Below, in pieces: positions 1 to 9,536 of a stretch of 64,000 nt of DNA. Each line of letters starts with the position of its first letter. Positions within the stretch are counted from its first letter, which is position 1. Location: positions 52,314 through 116,313 of the forward strand of contig CAVRBU010000012.1 of assembly GCA_963719315.1 (NCBI GenBank), in the 5' to 3' direction. The stretch is from an uncultured Planctomycetota bacterium (GTDB lineage: Bacteria > Planctomycetota > Planctomycetia > Pirellulales > Lacipirellulaceae). The notes below the pieces were generated by a model, which was not told the origin of the DNA, made no database searches, and saw nothing but the letters and a program-made list of their open reading frames with translations. A program made the position numbers and the translations under genes.

Positions 1-4
1 ACCC

Positions 5-520
5 GTGCATGGCGAAATCCACTGGTTTGGTAACTTCAAATCCCGCTCGCTGGCTACTCGACGGCGCATCGGATTTGCGGCCCACGATCCAGGACTGTAC
101 TCCGAGCTTACCGCTTTGGAAAACTTAGTATTTACATGTCGCATGTACGGTGTGCCAGAACCCGGCAAGCACGCAACAGAGTTATTGACCGATGCCGGTC
201 TTGAGGCGGCCGCGAATCAAATGGTTGGACAACTCTCTCAAGGTATGCGGCAACGCTTGGCGATAACACGGGCCATAGTTCACCGCCCCGATCTAATTCT
301 GCTCGATGAACCATTTGCGAGCCTTGATGCGCAAGGTCGCGATTGGCTCGAACGGCTGTTCCAGCAATGGCGGGCGGCTGGGCGGACCCTATGTTTCGCC
401 AGCCATGATATTCGCGAAAACCACGGTCTAGCCGACCGTATCGTGTCGCTGGATGGTGGTTGCATCGTTGCCATCGAACCAACCAAACGTCTTCCTATGT
501 GTTTGCCGCAGAGTGCTTGA
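5..520 (+). CDS. ccmA: Heme exporter ABC ATPase CcmA (5'-truncated by window edge)
   Basis: ABC signature LSQGMRQRL, Walker B LILLDEPF, H-loop SHD; TGA overlaps ATG of ccmB (TGATG). Confidence 0.85.
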   Translation: MHGEIHWFGNFKSRSLATRRRIGFAAHDPGLYSELTALENLVFTCRMYGVPEPGKHATELLTDAGLEAAANQMVGQLSQGMRQRLAITRAIVHRPDLILLDEPFASLDAQGRDWLERLFQQWRAAGRTLCFASHDIRENHGLADRIVSLDGGCIVAIEPTKRLPMCLPQSA

Positions 521-1206
521 TGAGAGTACCTGAGTCAGCCCGATCCATTTGGTGGCTAATCCACAAAGATCTGACCCGAGAGCTACGCGCGCACACGACC
601 TGGCCGGGTATGCTGCTACTCGGACTCGTGATGGTATTTCTCTTGGCGACACAAATTACATTGTCGCTGGATCAAAAGTCTCCCCTCGTTGGCGGATTGT
701 TGTGGCTGTCCATTTTCTTCGCCGGCACATCAGCACTGGAACGGTCGTTCACGAGCGAACGCGACGCCGGATGTTGGCAAGTGCTAACCTTGTATCCAGT
801 CGACCCGAGTGTTCACTTTCTAGCCAAGACGGCCGTGAATATGATCTCGCTGGCGATATTGGAGTGCGTCCTCATTCCCGCGTTTATCGTGTTGACCGAC
901 GTGCCGCTTCTCGCGCGACCCGGTCCTTTACTGTTGATTGTGGCACTAGGGACAATCTGCTTCGCTTCGATTGGAACGCTTGTAAGCGCCTTAGCGGCCG
1001 GTCTCCGGTTTCGCGGCGGCTTGCTCGCGCTATTACTGCTGCCGTTGGTTACGCCGGTCGTACTGGCGTCCGCCGAGGCAACCCGAATCGTACTTGCGGG
1101 CGAGAGCGATCTGACTTTCTGGCTGTGGACTCGCCTCCTGGCCGTTTTTTCCCTGGTGTTCACGATTTCAGGCGCTGTGTTGTTCGAATTCGTGATGGAG
1201 GATTAG
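520..1206 (+). CDS. ccmB: Heme exporter permease CcmB
   Basis: KDLTRELR N-terminus, 'ERSFTSERDAG', 'LLLLPLVTPVVL', about 6 TM segments; lies between ccmA and ccmC. Confidence 0.88.
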   Translation: MRVPESARSIWWLIHKDLTRELRAHTTWPGMLLLGLVMVFLLATQITLSLDQKSPLVGGLLWLSIFFAGTSALERSFTSERDAGCWQVLTLYPVDPSVHFLAKTAVNMISLAILECVLIPAFIVLTDVPLLARPGPLLLIVALGTICFASIGTLVSALAAGLRFRGGLLALLLLPLVTPVVLASAEATRIVLAGESDLTFWLWTRLLAVFSLVFTISGAVLFEFVMED

Positions 1207-1210
1207 GTGC

Positions 1211-1930
1211 ATGAATGCCCGACCGATGTACGGCGTTTCGATCGCCGCAATTGCTGCAACGACGCTGATCGCCTCTCTTGTGCTTACTGCGTTGTTCATG
1301 ATCTTCTTGGTTGCGCCTACGGAGGCGACCATGGGCGAAGTGCAAAGAATCGTGTACCTGCACGTGTCTGTCGCCTGGTGTGGCTTGGCGGCAATGTTCG
1401 TGACGGCGTTGTGCGGCGCGATGTATCTCGCACATCGCCGGTTGGAATGGGACTTTTGGTCCCAAGCAGCCGCCGAGGTGGGATTCTTATGCGCAACGCT
1501 CACTCTCGTGACCGGTTCAGCATGGGCGCACGAAGCGTGGGGCACCTGGTGGACTTGGGAGCCGCGTCTCACATCATCTTTCGTGATGTGGATCATGTAT
1601 TCCGGGATTCTGTTGGTCCGATCAAGCATTGAAGACCCACGTCGCCGTGGGAGGACGAGCGCGGTGCTGGCGTTAATTGGTGTGGCCGACGTGCCGCTGG
1701 TGCTCATGGCCACCCGCTGGTTTCGCGGCGTGCATCCCGTCGCCCCGGAAATGGACTCGCATATGCGGATCGTGTTGCTAATGTCCGTCGTGAGCTTCAC
1801 CGCACTGTTTGCGTATTTGATCGTACAGCGAAGGCGACAATTGGCGCTTGCTGAACAGGTAGCCGAAGCCGAGTCTTCGGCGTGGTGCCCAAGCGCGACG
1901 CCACGACCGAGCCTCAGGCAGTCAATTTGA
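1211..1930 (+). CDS. ccmC: Heme exporter/chaperone CcmC
   Basis: WWD motif WAHEAWGTWWTWEPRLT, 'RIVYLHV' His and 'GVHP' His. Confidence 0.9.
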   Translation: MNARPMYGVSIAAIAATTLIASLVLTALFMIFLVAPTEATMGEVQRIVYLHVSVAWCGLAAMFVTALCGAMYLAHRRLEWDFWSQAAAEVGFLCATLTLVTGSAWAHEAWGTWWTWEPRLTSSFVMWIMYSGILLVRSSIEDPRRRGRTSAVLALIGVADVPLVLMATRWFRGVHPVAPEMDSHMRIVLLMSVVSFTALFAYLIVQRRRQLALAEQVAEAESSAWCPSATPRPSLRQSI

Positions 1931-1943
1931 CGGAGGGCGAATC

Positions 1944-2105
1944 ATGGAAACTTTGGTGACAACATACGCTGTGGCCGTGCTGGCTGTGTGCGCCTATGTA
2001 GTTTGGCTGGGCCTTGGAACACGACGCCTCGCACGACGCTGGCGCAAATTGCAGACAAGCTTCCAATCCCCTTCAGGTAATTCAATTTCCAGAGTGGTTG
2101 CCTGA
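1944..2105 (+). CDS. ccmD: CcmD-like small membrane protein (53 aa; absent from the ORF track)
   Basis: Hand translation METLVTTYAVAVLAVCAYVVWLGLGTRRLARRWRKLQ...; one TM plus basic tail; GGAGG RBS at 1932; directly after ccmC. Confidence 0.75.
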   Translation: METLVTTYAVAVLAVCAYVVWLGLGTRRLARRWRKLQTSFQSPSGNSISRVVA

Positions 2106-2152
2106 GTTTGTGAGTTAAGCGCGCCGCTTGTGATTGCTTTGTGGAGAATCGG

Positions 2153-3178
2153 ATGATTGAGTCGCTGCTCGGTCTCCTCTTGGCCTTGACTGCCGCCGAG
2201 GTCGCGCCGGAGGCAACGGGAAAAATCCAAGGCGTGGTGCTCAATGGCAGTCGCGGCAATGCACCCATTGCGGAAGCTGACGTCCTATTGCGTGCCGGCC
2301 TAGGAGACCCTGTGGAGTCGGTGGCCGAAACAAAAACGGACAAGAACGGAAAGTTCGCTTTCAAAGAAGTTCCGCTCGATCCGGCCCTCGTCTTCTTGCC
2401 CGGTGTCGAACGGGACGGCGTGCATTATCCGGCCAAGCGTCTACGTCTCAATCGAACCAACCCGAATGCAGAGATCGTTATTCAGGCTTTTGACGGCATC
2501 CAATCGCCGTCGCCTCTCGAGGCTCTGCGGCATGAGATTCGGGTCACAATTGAACCTCAAGTGATGCTAATCAGCGAGATGATCCTGGTCGCGAATCGGT
2601 CAGATCGCGCATATGTGGGAGAGTCCATTGGAGAGGATCCGCCCGTTACACTGAGGTTATCGGTCCCCGCAAATTTTGACCGCGTGACGTTTGGCAGCGA
2701 GTTTTACGGACGCCGCTTTCGGATTGTGGAGCATCATCTAGTGACAAATATTCCGTGGCCACCTGGCGAGCGCGAACTGAAGTTTACGTATCGAATTCCG
2801 TTAGAAGACAGCGGCGGTTTGTTCCGCCGGCCATTAGACATACCTTGCAGGAAAGTCAGTCTTCGGGTGCGCGATAAGAATGAGATAAAGTTGTCATGCA
2901 ATTTGCCGTTATCGCAAAGGGCTGGCGATGTAACCGTCTTTGCAGCCGCCGAGAAACAACTATCTGCCGGCGACACGATAGAACTGCAAGTTGGCAAGCT
3001 GCCGTTTCCATGGGCGTTATACGCGCGATGGACTGCGCTGGCCGTGCTGGGCACCCTGGTCATAGGGACCGTGGCGAGTAGTCGCCTACGCAATCGGCAA
3101 ACCCTTGAACCACGCAATGGCGCGATCCAAGGGCGCCGGTGTAAATCCGATGATAAGCGGTCCCGACGTGCCGCTTAG
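2153..3178 (+). CDS. Exported carboxypeptidase-regulatory-like (beta-sandwich) protein with C-terminal TM anchor, ccm-associated
   Basis: Signal peptide, 'GKIQGVVLNG...TKTDKNGKFAF' motif, C-terminal TM plus basic tail; co-oriented with ccmABCD. Confidence 0.6.
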   Translation: MIESLLGLLLALTAAEVAPEATGKIQGVVLNGSRGNAPIAEADVLLRAGLGDPVESVAETKTDKNGKFAFKEVPLDPALVFLPGVERDGVHYPAKRLRLNRTNPNAEIVIQAFDGIQSPSPLEALRHEIRVTIEPQVMLISEMILVANRSDRAYVGESIGEDPPVTLRLSVPANFDRVTFGSEFYGRRFRIVEHHLVTNIPWPPGERELKFTYRIPLEDSGGLFRRPLDIPCRKVSLRVRDKNEIKLSCNLPLSQRAGDVTVFAAAEKQLSAGDTIELQVGKLPFPWALYARWTALAVLGTLVIGTVASSRLRNRQTLEPRNGAIQGRRCKSDDKRSRRAA

Positions 3179-3906
3179 CGACGCCACCGAGGAAGAACTG
3201 GAACTGCCAGCACTCCTAGGACAATCAAAACAATTGTCGCCGGTTCCGGTACTGCGGTGATCATGATCGATCCACTGCCGACTCCGGCCGTGGTGTTGCC
3301 AAAGCGGGTCCGCCATGCTGTGTAATCGGCCGCGTCTACACTGCCCGGTGTGTCGACCTCGAATTGCAATGGTCCGCCCTTACGCCACAGTACATAATCG
3401 GCGGCATCAACGACTCCATTGTCGTTGTAATCGCCCGGTACCCCCACCTTCACCGTAAAGTTACCTGTTTTGCTCCAATCCTCGCTGCCGCCTGCGAGCG
3501 TGACGCTAATGGGATAGCTACCTCTGACCGCGCCCGCCCCGGGAGTAAGGCTTAGGGACTTCGCTCCGGTACCGGAGAACGGCCCCAGGGTCCACCAAGT
3601 CGGCGATACAGAATTGGGGCGCTTGGTCCAACTCGCGTCCGGCTGGGCCCCCAGGCCAGCCGCATTGAGTCCAGTTAGGCTAAGGGCAGAACTCCCGCCA
3701 CCCGTACTCGTAACGTTGATCGTAATTGCTCTTGTTTGACTCATCGGGAGCTGCAGAAGATTTGACGGGGAGAAGCCAAAAGCTCCAGCTGTACGAGTGT
3801 GGCATCCCGTGCAACCAGACCCGTAACTGGGTAGGGCACAGGCGGAGCCGGCCGGGAGGATCAGTAACGCAATGCTCGCAGCTAGAGATCTCCATGATAT
3901 TGCCAT
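3175..3906 (-). CDS. PEP-CTERM protein with N-terminal CxxCH (CTGCH) and dockerin-like repeat
   Basis: AGGAGG RBS; signal peptide; CTGCH at 3813-3799; GDYNDNGVVDAADYVLWR...VDAADYTAWR; C-terminal VPEPATIVLIVLGVLAVPVLPRWRR. Confidence 0.8.
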   Translation of the reverse strand: MAISWRSLAASIALLILPAGSACALPSYGSGCTGCHTRTAGAFGFSPSNLLQLPMSQTRAITINVTSTGGGSSALSLTGLNAAGLGAQPDASWTKRPNSVSPTWWTLGPFSGTGAKSLSLTPGAGAVRGSYPISVTLAGGSEDWSKTGNFTVKVGVPGDYNDNGVVDAADYVLWRKGGPLQFEVDTPGSVDAADYTAWRTRFGNTTAGVGSGSIMITAVPEPATIVLIVLGVLAVPVLPRWRR

Positions 3907-4469
3907 GTTATACCTCCTGAGTCGTAACAAGCCTGTTTGGTGTGAAGAAAAAGCTGGATCGGCAGGGAAAGTTGCGTAACTGCGAAGTATATGCAAGCAC
4001 TTTTCGCCAGCCAAAATCTCCCCCTGACAATTTGACTTACCGCAAAACAAGCGCACACGAAGAGTGCTCTGGATCGAACTTCTTCCAATTTCGGGAATTA
4101 TTATTTCGCAATCGCAGTGCCAAACGGCCTCGCCGTCGAGCACCCACACACCGCGGCAGCTTGTGTTGATCCGAATTTGATACGCTGAGATGCGTCCGGC
4201 CGTGAAAAAGCACGATTCTTCCTGTTGTGGAAGGCGTTTTCACCGTGAAGTGTCGTAGCCAGTATCGCCGCACGATGAAGCAGATTTCAATCGGCTTAAC
4301 CCACGACGCTCGGCCGGATCACGTAATCGGAGAGCCAGAATCGCTAAAGGAAGGGCGTAACTGGCACATAGGCGTGCTGTGCTGCGCGCTCCGTGGCACT
4401 GGCGTGCGAGATGCTGATCCAGCGGTTGGGGGCTCGATCAGCAAAGATTTGTGGGCTCAGGCAGCCAAG

Positions 4470-5117
4470 CTACTTCGTCGGCTTTGCGGAGCGAATGAAT
4501 TGCTGGATCGCGGCGGCATGTGATGCGATCGTCTTCTGGGGTCCGGTGGCCTTGATGAAGTGGAGTTGACCGCCGACCGGAATTACGGCGGCTATCATGC
4601 GGTAGTCTGACCGTAGCTCTCCAGGCCCGAACGGGCCGCGCTGGTCGTTAAAATCGCCTGACAGATCGACGATCTTCGCCTTCAAGCCGGCGATTTCGAC
4701 ATCCTCTTGGGACATCGATTTCGGCTGGGGTTTGAATTGGCTTTTCCAGCGGTCGATGTTGGCGTCCACGCCGCCGCCCGCAGTACTGATTGTTAAGCGG
4801 CCGTCGGCACTATCGCCGTCAGCCCGAGGCAAGGAAAACTCCGCGGCAACAAACGAAGATTTGGTCGCCTTCCGCGTCCAAGCGGCCGGTGCCGTCAGCA
4901 GGATGGCGTCTAACTCAACAACTGCCGGCCCTTGGTTTGTGCCATTTTCCGCCCGCGTACCATTTGAGTCACGATTCGGCGGAATTGCGTCATCAGACCC
5001 TACCTTCGCGGAATTTTTGCTCGTCGAGATTTCCGCGGCCGTGTGTATTGCAGTTTGTGATCCACATCCGAGGGCGATCAGATTGAGAAATACGCCACAC
5101 CAAATCAAATTTCGCAT
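4470..5117 (-). CDS. Conserved lipoprotein, divergent from resB/ccsA
   Basis: Lipobox-like IALGC; 'GGGVDANIDRWKSQF' and 'FIKATGP' motifs. Confidence 0.65.
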   Translation of the reverse strand: MRNLIWCGVFLNLIALGCGSQTAIHTAAEISTSKNSAKVGSDDAIPPNRDSNGTRAENGTNQGPAVVELDAILLTAPAAWTRKATKSSFVAAEFSLPRADGDSADGRLTISTAGGGVDANIDRWKSQFKPQPKSMSQEDVEIAGLKAKIVDLSGDFNDQRGPFGPGELRSDYRMIAAVIPVGGQLHFIKATGPQKTIASHAAAIQQFIRSAKPTK

Positions 5118-5380
5118 CTTGGAACCTCAGGTAAAGCTTCAACAAGTCCGATTTCCGCGCTCGCGCAATTCTCGAGTTGCACAATGATAGCACCATCAAA
5201 ACGTCCGTGTCGATAAGTCCGTCGATCAACTCAGGATCGACCGATGTTGCCGTTTTACGCGGGATTTGTATTGTCTCCACCCCATGAGGAACTCGGAGAA
5301 CTTTCGCGTCAGAAAACCAGAGGTGCCCCTTCGAGGGGAACAAGCCGGTGCTCGCGCAACTACCTAAGGTGAAATCTCTC

Positions 5381-7240
5381 ATGAACGCGGCGATCCGCAC
5401 TTTCGCCTCCATCAAACTGGCGGTGTGCCTGATCGTTTTGCTGGCCGCGGTCATCTCGACCGCAACCTTGCTTGAAATCAAATATGGTCGCCCCTATAGC
5501 CAATGGTTTGTGTATCACAGCTATTGGTTTTCAGGGCTCTTGGGGTTGGTGGGTGTTTGCGTGTTTTGTGCAGCGTATGTTCGCTATCCGTGGAAGCGAC
5601 ATCAAATCGGATTCGTACTTACGCATGCGGGCTTATTGATGTTACTCTCGGGTTCGGCGCTGACTCTCTATCGCGGAATTGAGGGGCAGGTCTCAATCAT
5701 CGAAGGCACTTCGACCGATCAGCTAACGTTGAGCCAGCAAAGTCAGATCAGGGCGTCTTGGGTTGATCGACACGATGACCGGCCCTATGTGTTCACCTTC
5801 GATAGCGGACCAGTTGACTGGCGAAAAGGGACCGAACTTGATCTCGGCCGCGTCGATGGCATGAGTGTGCGAGTACTCAATTACTATCGGCATAGCCAGC
5901 CCGTGGATAACTGGATTGCTGACGCCGGCGGACACGGCGGCCCGCTGGTACGGTTTCAAGTGAAGCAGACGCACGCCCTTGGCAACGCACCATTCGGCAG
6001 CCCTAATCCTGACCAGCCCATTGTCGGTTCCCTTGCGGACCAAGATTATGGCGATGAACTGTTTGTCGGGCCGATTGCCATTCGTTTGCAGCGGGCGACA
6101 AGTGACGCCATGTTGGCGGACTTTCTCCACCCGATCGACAGCGAACTTGGCGAGAAAGGCGTACTCACCGTTTACTTTAAGGAGAATGTGCAGCGTGTTC
6201 CGGTCGACGAGCATGTAGGCCAGGCGGTCAGGATCGGCGGTGGCGCTTCCGTGGAACTTGTGCAGTACCTGGCAAATGCCAAGTTGGATGCTGGTGGACA
6301 GTTTAAAGCGATTGGAAATGATATTCGCAATCCGTTAGTTGAATTGAAAGTGAGCCTTCCGCATGAAAAGCAACCGTTTCGTCAAGTTGCATTCGCCAAG
6401 AGTCCGCTGTTGAATTTCGATGGTGTCTACGGGCGCGACTGCCCCGTCAAATTCGTCTACCAGCATCCCAAGCTAAAACCGCCAACTGCTGTTGAATTCC
6501 TTCAAGGCAAGAATGGAAAACTCTTCGGCCGAACGATTTCCAATGGGAAATACAAATCGATTGGCGAAGTGAATCAGAGCACACAGGTCGAGGTTCAGGG
6601 AGGATTCACACTAACGATCAACGAATATATGCCGCGTGCCCGGCGGGCCATTTCATTCAAACGGGCTGAGCACAGCGCTGACTGGGAGCCCTCGCCAGAA
6701 TCGTCCGCGGTGGAGGTGCAATTGACGGTCGCCGGGACGACGCAATCGCTTTGGCTTCAGCGAAACAGTGCAGAATACGACACGGGAGCGCTCGACACTA
6801 CGGAAGGTCGTCTCTGCGTAAGGTTTGCGGCGGCCAAAGTTCCGCTGGGTTTCTCCCTAAAGCTTGTTGATTTGCGACGCGAGACGAATCCGGGAGGGGT
6901 CGGCAATGCGGCCTTCTCCAGCCTGGTAAATGTCGTCGATAAGAAAAGTTCGATTGATGAAGAGCGATTGATCTCGATGAATCAGCCTCTCTTGCTTAAC
7001 GGCTTTCGGATCTACCAGTCCGGTTTTCGTGACGCGGGCCACGGGAAACAAGCGTCCATTTTCAGCGTGGCTTACGATCCTGGACGTCCGCTGAAATACC
7101 TCGGCAGCCTGATGGTTTGTGTCGGCACCGCCACGATGTTTTACATGAAAGCGTATTCGGTGAAAGGCGCCGCCCATCTGCTCAGTGTGCGTCCAGACGC
7201 AATGCCATTACGCGACCGAACCCTGAAGATTCCTGCCTGA
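5381..7240 (+). CDS. resB: ResB/CcsB-like cytochrome c biogenesis protein (System II)
   Basis: 'FASIKLAVCLI', TM His 'GFVLTHAG', large periplasmic domain, C-terminal 'ISMNQPL..GFRIYQSGF...SVAYDPG'. Confidence 0.85.
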   Translation: MNAAIRTFASIKLAVCLIVLLAAVISTATLLEIKYGRPYSQWFVYHSYWFSGLLGLVGVCVFCAAYVRYPWKRHQIGFVLTHAGLLMLLSGSALTLYRGIEGQVSIIEGTSTDQLTLSQQSQIRASWVDRHDDRPYVFTFDSGPVDWRKGTELDLGRVDGMSVRVLNYYRHSQPVDNWIADAGGHGGPLVRFQVKQTHALGNAPFGSPNPDQPIVGSLADQDYGDELFVGPIAIRLQRATSDAMLADFLHPIDSELGEKGVLTVYFKENVQRVPVDEHVGQAVRIGGGASVELVQYLANAKLDAGGQFKAIGNDIRNPLVELKVSLPHEKQPFRQVAFAKSPLLNFDGVYGRDCPVKFVYQHPKLKPPTAVEFLQGKNGKLFGRTISNGKYKSIGEVNQSTQVEVQGGFTLTINEYMPRARRAISFKRAEHSADWEPSPESSAVEVQLTVAGTTQSLWLQRNSAEYDTGALDTTEGRLCVRFAAAKVPLGFSLKLVDLRRETNPGGVGNAAFSSLVNVVDKKSSIDEERLISMNQPLLLNGFRIYQSGFRDAGHGKQASIFSVAYDPGRPLKYLGSLMVCVGTATMFYMKAYSVKGAAHLLSVRPDAMPLRDRTLKIPA

Positions 7241-7340
7241 TCGCAGTCGTTTCCGCGCGGTGACGACCATCACAATGTTATCGCGGGAGGGTTGCCAATG
7301 CGGCAAATCTGCGAAGTGCCGTCATAACAATGAGTCGTAC

Positions 7341-9203
7341 ATGAAAAGAGTTCATGGTTTCGCTGGTTCGTGTGTGATACTGTTGTGCAGCGCCCTGCTC
7401 GGATTTGCTGCTCCGATCGAAGCGACGGCAATCGATTGGCAACTTTGGCAGAAACTGCCAGTCCAAAACGGCGGTCGCTTCAAACCGTTCGATACGTTGG
7501 CCGCGGAGACGCTCCTTGTTACTAGTAACTACGTCCCGGTGATCGATTCCAACAGCGGCCAAGAACTAAGCCCTGTGGCGACCTACTTGACAATGCTGTT
7601 CGAATGGACGGGGTGGGATCACAAACAAATCGATGGATTGTTGCTCGCGCAAGATGCGGTACCACAGTATTTTTACTTTCACCAGGCCGATCGTTGGGAC
7701 AAAACCCCTTTGCTGCGGATTGATCATCCTGATCTGAAAAGAATGATCGGTATTCCGGAGCAAGTTAAGTTCATTGCTCCGGCCATCCTGACCACGACGT
7801 TGGTCATTGATGTGCGGACGCAAAAGAGCATCCCTTTCCCCACTTGGGGCCGCACTCTGCAGAAGTTGAAAGACTCCGGTAAATCGCTGAGCCCGATCGA
7901 GGAACAGGGCTTACGCCTGGCGCATCGATTGGAAGTGTACCAATCGGAACGGATGGGATTGGGGGTGGGGATCGTGCCGAATGCCAAAGCGGATGGCACG
8001 GCGTGGTTGTCGATAAGCGAGCTGTTACTCACGAAGTTCGACGATACGACGGATTCGCATGGGAGTTTTCGCCGGGCACAGCGGTTATTCTGGGCGGCCC
8101 GCTCAGCGTTTCGCGTAGGCGACGCCACTACGTTCAATCACGTTAGCGGTGAGTTTCTTACCGCTGTCCGGACGATAGGTTTAGGGACGTCAGATTATCC
8201 CAGCCAATCCAGAATGGATGTGGAATTAGCTTACAATCATTGGAAGCCTTTCCGTTACGCTTGGGCATTCATGTTGGTGGCCACCGCAGGCATGCTGCTT
8301 CACTTGAGAAGTGGTTGGCGGACATTCTATTGGTGTGGCGTCGGCGCGTATAGCCTGGGCATGGTTTTCTTGCTCATCGGATTTACGATGTGCGCAAGTA
8401 TTTCTGGCCGTCCACCGGTCACCAATATGTATGAGTCGGTGATTTACGTGGGTTCAGGCGTCGCAGCACTGGGTATCGTGTTCGGAATATTGTATCGGCA
8501 AAAATATGTATTAACGGCAGCAGCGGCAATTTCGATGGTGACGTTGGTGTTAGCCGATATTTGTCCCGTTGTTCTGGACTCGAGTGTAGAGCCACTTGTA
8601 CCCGTGCTCCGCAATAATTTTTGGCTCGTGACCCATGTCATGACCGTTACACTCAGTTATGCTGCGTTTGCGCTGGCGCTGGGCATCGCGAATATTACGC
8701 TAGGATACTACGCTTTTCGATTAAATAGCTCGGAGGTGATTGGGGCTTTGAGCCAATTTACCTACAAAGCGATCCAAGTTGGTGTTCTACTGTTCGCAGC
8801 TGGAATTGTTCTGGGTGGAATTTGGGCAGATTACTCATGGGGTCGCTTTTGGGGCTGGGATCCAAAGGAAGTCTGGGCTCTGGTTGCGCTACTCGGCTAC
8901 CTGTCCGTCCTGCACGCGCGGATTAGCGGCGCCGTCGGCCATCGAGGCCTGGCCGTGCTGAGCGTGGTTTGCTTTTCCCTAGTCATCGTGGCTTGGTACG
9001 GCGTAAACTTCGTATTGGGAGCCGGCCTGCACAGCTACGGCTTTGGGGATGGAGGCCAAGGATACGTATATCTGGCGATTTTCGCGCAATGGTCCTTTGT
9101 GGGCGTGGCTCTCCATCGCAGCCGACCGGACGAATCCCACGCCCGCGCAACCGCCACCGACGCACATTCTCTCATCTCCCTGTCCACGGCGTCGATTCGC
9201 TAG
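7341..9203 (+). CDS. ccsA: Cytochrome c synthase CcsA/ResC with N-terminal periplasmic extension
   Basis: WADYSWGRFWGWDPKEVW motif, 'PVTNMYES', 'WLVTHV', 'GLHSYG'; start uncertain (7260/7341). Confidence 0.9.
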   Translation: MKRVHGFAGSCVILLCSALLGFAAPIEATAIDWQLWQKLPVQNGGRFKPFDTLAAETLLVTSNYVPVIDSNSGQELSPVATYLTMLFEWTGWDHKQIDGLLLAQDAVPQYFYFHQADRWDKTPLLRIDHPDLKRMIGIPEQVKFIAPAILTTTLVIDVRTQKSIPFPTWGRTLQKLKDSGKSLSPIEEQGLRLAHRLEVYQSERMGLGVGIVPNAKADGTAWLSISELLLTKFDDTTDSHGSFRRAQRLFWAARSAFRVGDATTFNHVSGEFLTAVRTIGLGTSDYPSQSRMDVELAYNHWKPFRYAWAFMLVATAGMLLHLRSGWRTFYWCGVGAYSLGMVFLLIGFTMCASISGRPPVTNMYESVIYVGSGVAALGIVFGILYRQKYVLTAAAAISMVTLVLADICPVVLDSSVEPLVPVLRNNFWLVTHVMTVTLSYAAFALALGIANITLGYYAFRLNSSEVIGALSQFTYKAIQVGVLLFAAGIVLGGIWADYSWGRFWGWDPKEVWALVALLGYLSVLHARISGAVGHRGLAVLSVVCFSLVIVAWYGVNFVLGAGLHSYGFGDGGQGYVYLAIFAQWSFVGVALHRSRPDESHARATATDAHSLISLSTASIR

Positions 9204-9424
9204 GTGAGCAGTTTGTCGCGTCGCCAGTCCAGCGGCGCAGCATCACTGCAGGCCACTTTGTATTCCGGCCTGGCGCAGAACGAATGGTGTTGATGGCGGT
9301 GCTGCACTGCTATCTCTTGGGTTGGGTCGTCAAACTGGGAAAGACGCCGGCAGAACGAACAGGAAGACTGTACCTCTTCCGCACGCTAGCACTTGCAATC
9401 TGAAATTTTTTCCTGAGCGGACAC

Positions 9425-9461
9425 AAGTATTACTCGGAATCGGTTCGACATAGTAATACTT
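9425..9461. promoter_or_regulatory. Perfect 10-bp inverted repeat, candidate operator upstream of the multiheme cytochrome
   Basis: AAGTATTACT (9425-9434), 17-nt spacer, AGTAATACTT (9452-9461). Confidence 0.4.
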
Positions 9462-9536
9462 TTCCACACTTGCGCAGCGTGTGATGGCAAAGATGCCTCA
9501 CACAGAATCTGCGCCGCCGGCAAAGTCAAACGCCGG

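Noticed and set aside
4370..4445. tRNA-like stretch near GGTTGGGGGCTCGA
   Set aside because: No cloverleaf or acceptor stem can be formed
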